Below, in pieces: positions 13,925-25,307 of a DNA stretch of 64,000 nucleotides. Under the pieces are notes generated by a model that ran no database searches, had not been told where the DNA came from, and was given only the letters and a program-made list of their open reading frames with translations. The position numbers and the translations under genes were made by a program. The stretch is from contig JAQGDQ010000933.1 in the NCBI GenBank assembly GCA_030141605.1, forward strand, positions 1 to 64,000, written 5' to 3'. The DNA is from Tubiluchus corallicola (Eukaryota; Animalia; Priapulida). How positions within the stretch are numbered: position 1 is the first letter of the stretch; each line of letters starts with the position of its first letter.

Positions 13925-14245
13925 AACATGGATGAATAGTTTTACTTCCTTGTGTTAAACTTCTTTGTGTTTCACAATTCTTAAGTAAACTAGTCACACC
14001 CTGTTTACTGTTTAAATACTGGAAAGAATGAGTTGAAAGACAGAGAATATTATCAATAGACTGGAGAAGATTTATTGTTTGGATAAGCTGCCACCCTGGC
14101 ACTCCCGGTGAAAGAGTTAAGAAGAGCCGCTTAGCAAATAGAGACAAGAATGTCAATAGAATGCAGAAGTTTTTTGTTTAGCTAACCTCGAGAACCCGAG
14201 TGAATGCTAAGAAGTGAAGAAAAACAAATGCAGACAAGAATGTCT
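13925..14245 (+). repeat. Direct duplication with ~17345-17670; 14895-14980 also recurs at 17675-17760
   Basis: Shared long matches such as ttaagtaaactagtcacaccctgtttactgtttaaatactggaaagaatgag and gatagattaaaataaattaaatggattcataatttttcttactg. Confidence 0.85.
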
Positions 14246-15039
14246 GCAGGATATAAAGATTTTTAAATTAAATCACCACCCTGGACCATTGAAAGAATGG
14301 CAAAATACTTCAATTGAGTTAAAAGTACCGGATTGTAATCACAAATGATCCGAGCAGAATCATAGTATGATGTGAAGTATTGAAAGTTATAGCTATTCCT
14401 ATGAACAACATGCTTCAAAAGAGCTGTGCCACTAGGCACTAACAGATTATTAACTGAAATTACCAAAATTTAATATCTTTCCCCAAAAGAGTGCTTATCA
14501 TGTCAAATCATTATCATGTCTTATCATTGAGAGCCCACAGGGAGAGGTGCCAGAACAAGAGCAAGAAAATAAATTTTGAAAAATGTGGAAAAGTTTATTA
14601 AAAGACTGAAAATAACATGAAAGATTTTAACATTTGTGCGTAATAGCTCAAATCCAATGTGTAAACACAGATTCCGTGTGTAACAACACTGATTGTTTGA
14701 ACAAATGCTATTGCAAATGTTTGACACAATAACCCTTTAGAGCCGCGGTAAATTATGTCACGGTTTGTTGTGAAATACTAAACACGAATGAATAGTTTTC
14801 TGCATGTTTGTGAAGTAATGAAATGTATTTGCACAAATTCGCACTTGTGCAAATATGCCAAAACTGGAAAAAGATGCCAAGATAAGAGTTAGGAACAACG
14901 ATAGATTAAAATAAATTAAATGGATTCATAATTTTTCTTACTGAACGCAAGCACTATTGTGGAGCTTGTAAAATAATACTTTAGAGCCGCGGTAAATTAT
15001 GTGACAATTAATTAGTGTAATCTCAATTAGTGATAATCT

Positions 15040-15545
15040 GTTACTTCGATCAGTGCTAAAGTGTGAAAGTTTCTACTAATAAAGAAAAAAGCATCTAAAC
15101 TGTTTGTGATAAAAGAGTAAAAATACTTTAAGTAATATTTTTTATACTGAATTATTGACTTTTGTGCGATAATTCTTATTTTAGTTACTAATGTGACTAA
15201 AATTCAAAGATATTTCAATGAAAATGTATTATATAGGACTATTTATAGTTTACTATTTGTTTTGCGACATTCAAATTTGTTCGTAAGTTTTTCAATTATT
15301 AAATTTACATTCCTGGAAAAATGTATAAAAAATCCGCTTGCAATACATTCAATACAATAAAACCACTCTTTGTTAATTATTTCAGCTTCCCTAAACCGAT
15401 CCCACAGGGCAGGACGCTTCTACTACAGATTTTACTTAAAGTATTTTTTCTAACAATTTTGCTGGAAAGATTTTAGATGTTTTGTTTCCTCTCCTTATTA
15501 GTAAACTGTTTCACATTTTAGGTCTTACCGAATTTGCAACGTAAT
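15040..15545. mobile_element. Degenerate MITE/foldback-like element with ~100-bp imperfect terminal inverted repeats
   Basis: 15045-15140 resembles the reverse complement of 15430-15535. Confidence 0.45.
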
Positions 15546-16369
15546 TATTACTTGAGGTAGTAATTTTTCTGTCATGTGTAAGTATTGCGTAGTTCTCAAA
15601 AACATGGTAGCTGCGGAACGTTGAAGTGTGATATATGTGATGTATGTACAATTATGTGGTAATTGAACTGCATAGGAGTGATCTCGCTCTATAATAGGTG
15701 TCATGCTGTTATAATGGTTAACACAATTATAATGGTTATCGCAACAGCACAGTTAGCATTCCAAGTCTTACTAATCAGCAGTATAAAAATTATTTATTTA
15801 AACTAAAACTGATATCTAGCTGATTAATTAATTTGTCCTTGGCTTCAAATCGTAATTATATAGTTAGGTATCAATTGGCCTGCAACTACCTCAATTTTTG
15901 CTGTTTCCATAATTTAATTGTCTCTTTGCGTGGTCACTGGAACGCCCGCTTTTAATCCTTGGGACATTCTCTGCCTCTGCTAACCTTTTCACTAATCCTC
16001 TCCCTATACCGACATAACAATATAGCTATAACAAGGGCTACCCCTATACCAACATACCCCACACTGTCAACTTGGACATTTGTTAACTGCTGTCTAAGCC
16101 TATTTTAGCTGACATTTTTAATTGGTAGAGCAGACATATTTTTGAAGCTGTTGTTAAATTTTAGATGGAGGCCATAATTTTAAAACATTTTGACATCTAT
16201 TTCACCTGTAATTTCACAATACTAGCATGTAAAAAGCACAAAAATTCTATATTTTATGTAGTCATTTAAGTAATATTACCTAAGGTACTGGTACTGAATG
16301 AGTTAATAGCCAGCAGATTAAACAAGCACAGCTATAAAAATTGTTATTACACTGTTTGAAATCACGCAT

Positions 16370-16732
16370 TTCGCCTGTCTACTTCTTCGCCAGTCCTCTT
16401 TTTTGCCAGTTAACTTTTTGCCAGCCCACTTTTTTGCCAGTCCACTTTTTCGCCAGTCCACTTTTTCGCCACTCCTCTTTTTCACCAGTCCACTTTTTCG
16501 CCAGTCTACCTTTTCGTCAGCCTACTTTTTCGTCAGCCTACTTTTTCGTCAGCCTACTTTTTCGTCAGCCTACTTTTTCGTCAGCCTACTTTTTCGTCAG
16601 GCTACTTTTTCGTCAGCCTACTTTTTCGCCAGTCCTCTTTTACGCCAGTTCACTTCTCGCCAGTCTACTTTATCGGCAGTCCACTTTTTTTGCCAGTTTA
16701 CTTTTTCGCCAGTCCTCTTTTTCGCCACTCCA
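16370..16732. repeat. 16-bp minisatellite (cctactttttcgtcag / tccactttttcgccag), ~22 units
   Basis: Direct reading; generates the repetitive ORFs at 16341 and 16403. Confidence 0.95.
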
Positions 16733-18731
16733 CATGATTATGAATGAAAATTTAACTTACCTCTATGAATAGATAACCATTGATATATTACATATCGTCA
16801 CTGTATCATTTAAACGCCTTGTGAGTGGAAGATATAACTCGTACAGAGACGTGCCATGTACAATTGGATTTGCCGTGAAACGGATAATCTGATGCACTGC
16901 GCCGAAGTCCTGTTTTGTTAAGCCAGAAATTTTTACAACTTTTCCAATTTCGGAGGTTTGATGAGATATTTAAAATTTCAACTAGGTTTAGCTTTAGGAA
17001 CAAGTGTCTCCACTCATATTAAGATTTTGGAACTATACTCAGTTATGTAGTAATTTGACAAACTTTAAAAACTATTATTTCCACTCCACAAATTTAGCAA
17101 GTTTAACCAGCAATGTGAAATGATAAATAGTTGTCGCGCATAGAACTGTGACAGTTTTTCATTTTAGGAAATTGTATTCGTAAAATTAAAAAATTTGTAT
17201 ATTTATGCACATGTCGCTCTATGTTAACTAATGCTTTTAAAATTTACCTTACATATATGGATTTTTCTAAAAGCTGCTACATTGCAAAACACCATTTGCT
17301 CTAAAAAACAGTAACACCTGTTTGCATTGTTTATTCGGCATTGTGACATGGATGAACACTTTACTTCTTTGTGTTAAGCTGTGAAAAAGTAATTTATCAG
17401 ATTTCAGAATTCTTAAGTAAACTAGTCACACCCTGTTTACTGTTTAAATACTGGAAAGAATGAGCTGAACAGAGAATATTATCAATAGTCTGCAGACGAT
17501 TTTTTGTTCAGTTAAACTGCCACCCTGGAACTCACAGGGAAAGAGTGAAGAAGAGACGCTTAGCAAATAGAGACAAGAATGTCGATAGATTGCAGAAGCT
17601 TTTGTTTAGCTTATCTCGGGAACCAGTGAATGCTAAGAAGAGATGAAAAGCAAATGCAGACAAGAATGTTAGGAACATCGATAGATTAAAATAAATTAAA
17701 TGGATTCATAATTTTTCTTACTGGACAAATGCACTATTGTGGAGCTTGTAAAAGAATACTCTACGAAGATTTTGCTCTTACAAAAATGGCAGGGCTAAAA
17801 ATACAAAAACTGTTTGTTCCTGAAAGCTTGAAATAGGTACTCGTGGTGCACTGTAATTATTCGTTTACTTGGACAAGCAAAAATTTGAAAAATTAAGTTT
17901 ATTTTAGCACCCCCAAAAAAACTAAGTTTTAACAGCTGTGTACATATGTTCTAAATTTTGCCAAACTGACTTTTTGCACTTTGCAATAGCTGACACTATG
18001 TGAGCAGCTAGAATTTAGTCACTTGCACAGTTCAGTGGCTCGTCTCACGGGTAAGAACAAAACCTTATGTGCTAAACTTTCATGCCTTCAATTTCAATGA
18101 AATATAGAAAAGTAACGATCAATATGCAACTAAATTATATAATGAAATAAGTTCTGTTGCTTTCTTCATTTTCAGTGTTTGTATATTTTTTTTTGCAAAC
18201 CAACGGTTAAACGAATTGCTTCAATGCCACTCTTTAGCTCAGGCTATTATTAACACGCCAAGGTAATTTTTCTTGCACCTGGGCGTGCATTCACAGAAAG
18301 TAACAGCAACCACGGTAGCTAGCGTTGAGCAGTTTTTTAAGCAGATTTGATGTTTCAGTTGCATAATATCCTTTCTGAAATCCTTATTAGCGATGGAATG
18401 CAAGCTCTTACATTTTACACTCATGGCAATGAAATTATTTTGAATGATAATTCATCTGACATTGAAGAATATAAAGTCTGTTTAACTATAATTAGTATGC
18501 GTTTATTTGTGTTATGCTAAAAAAATTGCGATACAATAAAATTGCGATTTTTTTTCAGTTGAAATTAACTTACAGCTTGAGCAGACTAGCAGCTACAGTT
18601 GTCGGAAAGATGCTGACGGTAACCAGTTAGATGCGTGTTAGATGCTGATACATTAATTAATGTAGAAAAATGCATCACAGGCATGATGTACTGTTGTGGA
18701 GATCGCTGGCATCTATTAGAATTACATAGAA

Positions 18732-19041
18732 TGTTGTATAATGTTCTGTTAGAATGATCGTCTTACCGTGTGGAACGTTCTGGAACAAAACTTCTGGAAG
18801 CTTCTTGGGCACGCTATATAAGGAGAAGCAGGCTGCTGAGACTAGAGCACTTACACATTCTCTTGTATACTTACATTTTCAGATACACTTAAACGTTTTC
18901 CAGATTTTCACATTTACTGTAAACATTTCGCATTCCTTCATATTTTTGTGTTGTAGAATACTCGCTTAATAAACTAATTTAACTTGAGGGCGTGTTTTCT
19001 GGTTTTCTCTACGAGCCTTTCGAGAGAAACAAAATACAACA
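18732..19041 (+). mobile_element. Solo LTR (310 bp)
   Basis: Begins TGTTGTAT and ends ATACAACA (8-bp inverted termini), internal TATATAA (~18815) and AATAAA (~18968); no target-site duplication seen. Confidence 0.7.
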
Positions 19042-19349
19042 TGTGCCTATGTTCAAAGTCAAGAGACTTAATATTTCTCGCTCCTTGAAATTAATTTATA
19101 ATTAATAGGTGCTGTTTTGAAAGTTTGTGTTTATAAAAAATGAAATCAATTTACCTATTTATTCGTCAATAGTTGTAATGTCATTTTGTTTAGTTTACTT
19201 TACTTATCACGACCCTTTTTCTCGATAGATTGATCATATAGTTTATCTAGCCGTATCGAGTGATCACGAATTAATCGTATATATTTATAGATTGTGTATT
19301 TTGTGCAGATTATATAGATTCGCTTCCCGTTCACAATGAGGTGATTGTT

Positions 19350-20420
19350 CGCTTTTCAGTCACCTGACTCCGAGGGCTTTAGTTCAGTCTATCAGGCAAT
19401 GATGCTGTCCTTCAAGACTTTCACATCGACCTTGCGTTGTGAGTGGAGGTCATCTTCCCTCAAGTTATCGAGCGTTGCTCCCGCAATTGAGCTTTCTTTA
19501 GTACAATGCGAATCTCTCAAGTTCGTATCTAGGATTTAGTGTTGCTTTACTGTGAACGCTCTTAATCATACAAGAACTCGTTGTCTGTGTTACTACAGTG
19601 AACAGACTTTATTAGATTACAAATTACACGTTATCTACTAGCTTTTCTTTACATGATTTGTCCTTATATGCCAGTGGGCGCTTACAACTAGAGTATAGCT
19701 CCTAAGAAGATGCTATTCACTTTAATAATAACAGTTCGATATGCTGCACTGAAGGTGCTTAGTACAATGTGAATGCTACAGTTATACAGATTTAGACTCA
19801 GATACAAATAAGTTGAAGTCACTTAACTTGTGGATTGACCAATGTACCCTTACACTTGGTCAAACCCTGATAGCTTATCGAGACCACGTCGCACCAGTGC
19901 TCAGTATTGGCTAAGAATGCAAAATCCAATCCACACTGGGCTAAAACGCTGCTTCTGTCTTCTAAAAGTTTGTCCCGGACACACAATGTGGTAGCAAGCC
20001 ACTTGTCAGACTCCCTCGCTCGGTTGGTATGTGACACTCGTGTCGTGTCGCCCCGTAGTGTGCTTTTCGAGTCGCACACCGTCGTATGTAATTATCTAGT
20101 CTCTTACCAGAGTTTATATTTCTGAGAGCTGACCTTCGACGATATTGCACCATATGGCAACATCTGCAGCATCTGCTACCTCCCGTCATTGAGAAAGAGA
20201 TTTTACAATCGGTAATGACTTCTCTTGAATTCCATCATCTTTTGAGATATTCCTACCGTTGTCGGCAAATTTTCAGATTTCTCTCTCTAATGTCGCTGAG
20301 CACTGATAGAGACCTTGGTGACGGTCATAAAGTCACTTCTACGCGACATCTAAATCGCTCTAGAACCTCTCTTAATTAGTTCTAACTCTGAATGTATCCA
20401 TTTGAGACAATAGTGTCTTT
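19350..20420 (-). mobile_element. Degenerate Ty3/Gypsy gag-protease region
   Basis: Decayed zinc-knuckle-like RCCRCCHM (~20150-20175) followed by ILSTGATWS (~19880-19908), resembling the aspartic protease motif LDTGA. Confidence 0.45.
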
Positions 20421-20425
20421 CTTAA

Positions 20426-22083
20426 CCTTTATCTTACCAATGTTCCATAAATGGAACATACTTTTTATGGCGCCATCGCAGCTTACATGCTTAATTTATC
20501 GAGGCAATTCTACCTCTATCGTGATGTCCTGACATGTCTGTTACTTTGTTGGGAAACTGAACTTTTTATATTGAGATTCAAATTTTTCATGGTTGCCCAA
20601 CTAAGGCCTAAAAATACGAAATTTGACCGCGCAATTTCAAATTGGCCAGAAAAAGTGCAGAGTGAACTTCAGTGGAAATTGGCTGCACTGCCTAAAAGCT
20701 TACACTCCAAGGTATTGATTGGCAATATAACAGATCGTACATTCGGTTGCTAAGTACTAAAAAAATACTGTAATATTTTGATGTTCCATTTATGGAACAT
20801 TGGTAGGATCAGCATGTTTTAGGTTGCAGTGTGCAGTGGAGCGTGGCTCCCCACAGTCATGCTTACAGTGTGCAGTAGACAGTGTGCAGCTTATTGCCAA
20901 GTAGCGTAGAGCTCACTGCCATTGTTCTTGATACTTTCCTAACAAGTTGAGTGAAACACAACATTTTGTGGATACCAGCGTTACCAAAACACTGGAACAG
21001 AGTGAACACCCAGTCAACGTGGTCCTGCTTCCTCCCGCCGCAGGAGACGAAGCTGATCAAAACAGTGATTTGGAGGACAGCCAAGAAGATGTTGACTTCG
21101 AGCCAGCGGGAGAGATGAAAGTGGAGGAGGAAGCGGATGACGATGTAGTCGAGAATGAAGAACCACCAAGTAAATCCGCCCGTCGTGGAGAATGAAGACA
21201 ACTTCCAAATTGGAGAAAGAAAACTGACTTCGACAAGATATTACCCACTGCTGATATCTCGTTGTCTGATGAACTGAATGCATTGGAAGGCGAGACTCCA
21301 TACGAGTTTTGGAGAGAAATCTTTTCCGACAATTCGATGAATGATGTTGTTGAGCAGACACTACTCTACGCACGTCGGGATAAAAACAAGCCCAATCACA
21401 AAGTCAGAAGTACGACGGTCCATCGGATGTCTAGTTGTGTCAGGTTACCATAGTCTTCCTGAAGGTCACCACTACTGGTCAACACAGCCTGATTTGGGAG
21501 TTCCAGTCATTTCCAACGCAATGAGCAGAAACAGGTTTCAGGAAATAAAAAGGTACATTCACTTCGCCGATAATCAGAACCTTGCTCGTGGAAATAAGTT
21601 CGCAAAAGTAATGCCGTTATATGACGTTCTCAATGCCAACATTGTTCGGTTTGGTGTGTTCCACAATCTTTTGAGCATAGACAAAAGCATGGTGCCTTAT
21701 TTTAGGCGACACGGGGGCAAGATGTACATAAAAGGAAAGCCCATCAGATTTGGGTACAAAATATGGTGTTTCTGCGGTGCTGACGGCTACCCATATGCAA
21801 TGCGACTGTACCAAGGGAAGGAAGAGGGTGCAGACCTTGACATCCCGTTAGGAACTCGAGTTGTACAGAATATGGTGAAGGTTATTTCGGAAAACTCGGA
21901 CGTTCGCCGCCACGAACTGTTCTTTGATAATTTTTTTACTTCGTATGATCTGTTGAGTGATTTGTCTGCGGCAAACTTGAAAGCAACAGGAACTGTCCGA
22001 GAAAACAGAACACGTGGTGCTTCGAAATCTATGATTTCCAAGAAAGAACTTGCCAAGAAGGATAGGGGCACATTTGATTACAG
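20426..22083 (+). mobile_element. piggyBac transposon copy 1, 3'-truncated
   Basis: TTAA (20422-20425) followed by TIR CCTTTATCTTACC; subterminal palindromes ATGTTCCATAAATGGAACAT; near-identical to 59000-60666 (-); homology stops at 22083. Confidence 0.95.
20947..22083 (+). pseudogene. PGBD3-like piggyBac transposase (stop at 21193, 8-bp deletion at ~21395, truncated)
   Basis: MSRNRFQEIKRYIHFADN, SIDKSMVPY, KGKPIRFGYKIW, LFFDNFFTS and ATGTVRENR motifs. Confidence 0.92.
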
Positions 22084-22087
22084 GTAG

Positions 22088-22505
22088 AGTTGCAAGAATG
22101 TTTGGACTCAAAATCTATACTCCATTCTCCAGACTTTGACAAACAATTTATTTTGACGACTGACGCAAGTTTAGTAGGCATAGGCGGGGTTCTAACACAA
22201 GTACATGACGACTTGGGAGAGGTACCCATTACATACTTGAGTCGAAAATTAACCGAATGTGAGAGAAATTACAGTGTGTTCGAAATTGAACTTTTAGCTA
22301 TAGTGTACTGTGTGGAGAAACTCAAGTATTATCTTGAAGATCGCAAATTTCGAGTTCGAACTGACCATCGCAGTATATCTGCCCTCGCTCATATTAAACG
22401 CAACAACCGTAGACTTTGTCGGTGGGCACTTATCTTGCAGTATTCACTGTTGAAAGTATCAAGGGAACAATGAATACAGTTGCTGATGCTTTATCTCGCC
22501 TTTAA
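22088..22505 (+). mobile_element. Ty3/Gypsy RNase H domain ending the pol ORF
   Basis: PDFDKQFILTTDASLVGIGGVL, SRKL...ERNYSVFEIELLAIV, RTDH, RWALILQ, then NTVADALSRL* after a frameshift. Confidence 0.92.
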
Positions 22506-22594
22506 AGGCTAGCCATACATTTGGTCATCAGTAGCGCATGCGGTTTAGGAAACTTGAACGTGTTTCATTTTTTCTTCACCCCTATTCAAGTTTA

Positions 22595-22615
22595 CGTGGG
22601 GAAGGATGTTGTGTT
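22595..22615 (+). mobile_element. Polypurine tract and start of the 3' LTR
   Basis: GTGGGGAAGGA immediately followed by TGTTGTG at 22607, ~100 bp after the RNase H stop. Confidence 0.6.
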
Positions 22616-22645
22616 AAGTGAAGCTTGAAAAGCTTCGACTTTGAA

Positions 22646-22718
22646 GGTCGGAAAATCATGCCCACACCTCCCTGCGGTCCCGACCGGGCAACTTCACTCG
22701 GAAGGCTAATATAGGACG
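22646..22718 (+). ncRNA. HDV-like self-cleaving ribozyme (partly decayed)
   Basis: P1 GGTCGGA/CCCGACC, P3 ACC/GGT with L3 TCCCTGC, P1.1 GG, J1.1/4 GCAA, P4 CTTC/GAAG, J4/2 GCTAA containing the catalytic-position C; P2 is mismatched. Confidence 0.7.
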
Positions 22719-23130
22719 TCACCCTCGACCGGGGGTGAATCTGAAACTGGAAGTGCAAAACGGGTAGTGCCACTTACGGCATAAGCTTGCTGGGTAACAA
22801 GCTTACAAAGGTTGCAGACTGGCCGGAGGTTGGGAGGGCAATCCCCCAGTCTGAGGTGCAAGTCGTGCTCCTACCCGTCACAGGGTGCCAACCGACCATA
22901 CCTCAGGGCGGCCCGGCTCCCAGTCGGGCGGAGGAAAAGAAACTGTCCAGCTGCTGGGTCTCGGCATAAGACCCCTCCACGAGGGGCTAACAACCCCAAA
23001 TGGTAGAACTAATAATCTGTTACAGAAAATAATAATGATATAGCCGGCTTGGTTTTGGGACACGGCGAGGTTGCGCGAGAAACCTCGACGGCGACAAATT
23101 GTACGTTAAAGACCTAAGGCGTCCATGGTG
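22646..23130 (+). mobile_element. GC-rich 5' UTR fragment of an RTE-like non-LTR retrotransposon
   Basis: Starts with the HDV-like ribozyme; contains GGGGCTAACAACCCC (~22983), which I recognise as typical of RTE 5' UTRs; no downstream ORF. Confidence 0.55.
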
Positions 23131-23544
23131 ATGCGCTACTAATAATTGATCGACTTATTTTCTATTAATGTATTTTTGATGACAATGTTTCGCTATTATT
23201 GGTATGTCATTGATTGCCATTATTGTTAATATTTTTAGCCTTGTGATTTTTGTTGCCATTGATTTTTTTTGTAACATTAGATGAAAGCACTTTACAGGCT
23301 TGAGTAACCAGAGGCCCTGCCTGGCCAGGTATTGTTTCGTGGTCTATCTGGTTTCTAGCTCAAGGTAAAAAAGCAAATTTTGTTGATAGCATGTTACCAG
23401 TTTTGAACATGTGTGTATGCCTCGAAACTGAAAGCCACCTCATGGGCAATTTGGTTATTGGTTAGAGAACCTTTGGAAAGAAAGTTTATTCACGTAATTT
23501 CTGATTGTGTTTCTTGATGGTAATACCAGTGGAAGCCATCCAGG

Positions 23545-23645
23545 ATAGAACATCAACTTGACTTCGGACTATGTTAAAGGTCCCGTGACAGTAGGAATTA
23601 TTTCTCACATTCCAGTAGATGGAGTGTCCCTATTGCTTGGCATGT
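23545..23645 (+). mobile_element. Gypsy-type protease C-terminal fragment
   Basis: LTSDYVKGPVTVGIISHIPVDGVSLLLG. Confidence 0.5.
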
Positions 23646-24794
23646 TGTTGTTTCCCGTACAGAATGCTTGTCATTAAACTCTTCCTCTTATGGAGACTGA
23701 GTTCCAGTTTGGTTGCTTGAGGTCATTATCCAGCGCAGTACCGTCTATAGGAGTCAGTTATCATTTGTTGGAGACATAGGAGACGAAGGTTTTGGCAGAC
23801 CTGTCCTGGAAGCCATATTGAATACGTGGTAGGAAACGTGGTACGATATTCGGGTGAATACGCGTATGAGCATTGATGACGGTATCCATGGACAGGTATG
23901 CTGGGCCCAGCCATCGTAAAGTTGAGTAAAAAAAATGTTAAATTTCATTGGGTTTATCCAGTTGATTTTTTGAAACATTCGAATTGACTATGTGAAACAT
24001 TTCTATATTGTCACTTTATCTATTATTGCGTTTCAAAGTGTTTGTTTCTGAGAGAATCGAAAATAATTAAATATCTTCTTTATTATTGCTAATATTAAAA
24101 ATCCTGTTGTTTGGGTAATTGTATTCCTAGAGAATTAAGGTAAAAACCTAAAGCATTGTTCACACTGTCATACACGGACTCATGTGCTAATTTTTACTAT
24201 ATTTTGGTCAATCAAGGTATAACTCGGGACAGCGGGACTGCTTGGCAAAACATCCTAACAACAATTTAACATTTTCTTAGACACGCTGTCACATACATAT
24301 ACATAAACATATACATATACCTACATATACGTATACATATATATCATATTTCATATTTATTAGTGTCAAATGTACATACAAAAAAACAAGACATACAAGC
24401 AATTTATATGTTGAAATATAGTGACACTACAGACCAACAAAATAATTACTGATAAAACGAATATTATTAAATCTTCATGTTAGTTATTTTAGTTATTTAA
24501 ACGAAAGGTTTAATGATTAGTATTTAAAATAAATTGTCATTCAACAGGTCTCAAATTTTGTAAATTTGAAATTTGAATATATAATAAAAACTGTATAAAT
24601 ATCCCAACTCTAAATATTTTAAAGTACAAGAGAACCCACCATTTACATAAAACTTAAAAAATTCGTCTAGAAATTTTATACAAATTACGGCCTTATTGTT
24701 TGCAGGGCTTGCGTCGGTAGTAACGCTGTATAAAACTTGTAAATTTAAACGCCTGGGATGACCGTTAAACGCAGACATTTTAATGGTGGGTCGT

Positions 24795-25080
24795 CTGAAA
24801 CAAGCTTAGATATCGCTCGTGAAGTTTGAAAAAGTAATCAGAGCATTCGTAAGCATACACGTCATTAACTAAGCAAAATTTTAAATTACTTTATCTTGTC
24901 AATGAGATTAAAGATACGTTTTTGGATAGTGAGTGGTGCACCCTGGAGGACTACATTTTACCAATTGTTGAAAACATTTTAAGTAATTAATAATTTTCTT
25001 TTCTAGTTACATAAGTCTTTCCAGCAGGTAAGCGAAATGCAAAGTAATATAGTTACAGATATTTTTGGGACATAGTCAAT
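24795..25080 (+). repeat. Non-coding interspersed repeat, further copies at ~26920-27345 and ~53405-53900
   Basis: Shared blocks gcaccctggag, ggtaagcgaaa..c.aagtaatata and aatcagagcattcg. Confidence 0.85.
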
Positions 25081-25307
25081 AAACTATTACTGTTGTTACT
25101 ATTAAAGTAAAAACAATTTCAACACTCATGACATCAGCGACATTACAGTTTTACAAGTGGTCTTGCCAGTTGTATAGCAAGCGCGTCTGCGTTAGGCGTT
25201 CGACCCAGCGGTAAACTAAACATTTTAGCGTGACACGTGAGCTTACAGTATGGAAAAGTAAAAATGTATTCTAAAAGCAACTTGGTTAAACACAGTATCC
25301 GGATAAA

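Noticed and set aside
16341-16772. Repetitive Phe/Ser-rich ORFs
   Set aside because: The 16-bp minisatellite unit is not a multiple of three
20451-20753. Conserved 100-aa ORF, also at 60339-60641
   Set aside because: Lies in the piggyBac 5' subterminal region; conservation reflects recent copy identity and no domain is recognisable
24551-24778. 75-aa ORF with VTTDAS resembling a transposase motif
   Set aside because: No supporting motifs; the C-terminal half is AT-rich noise
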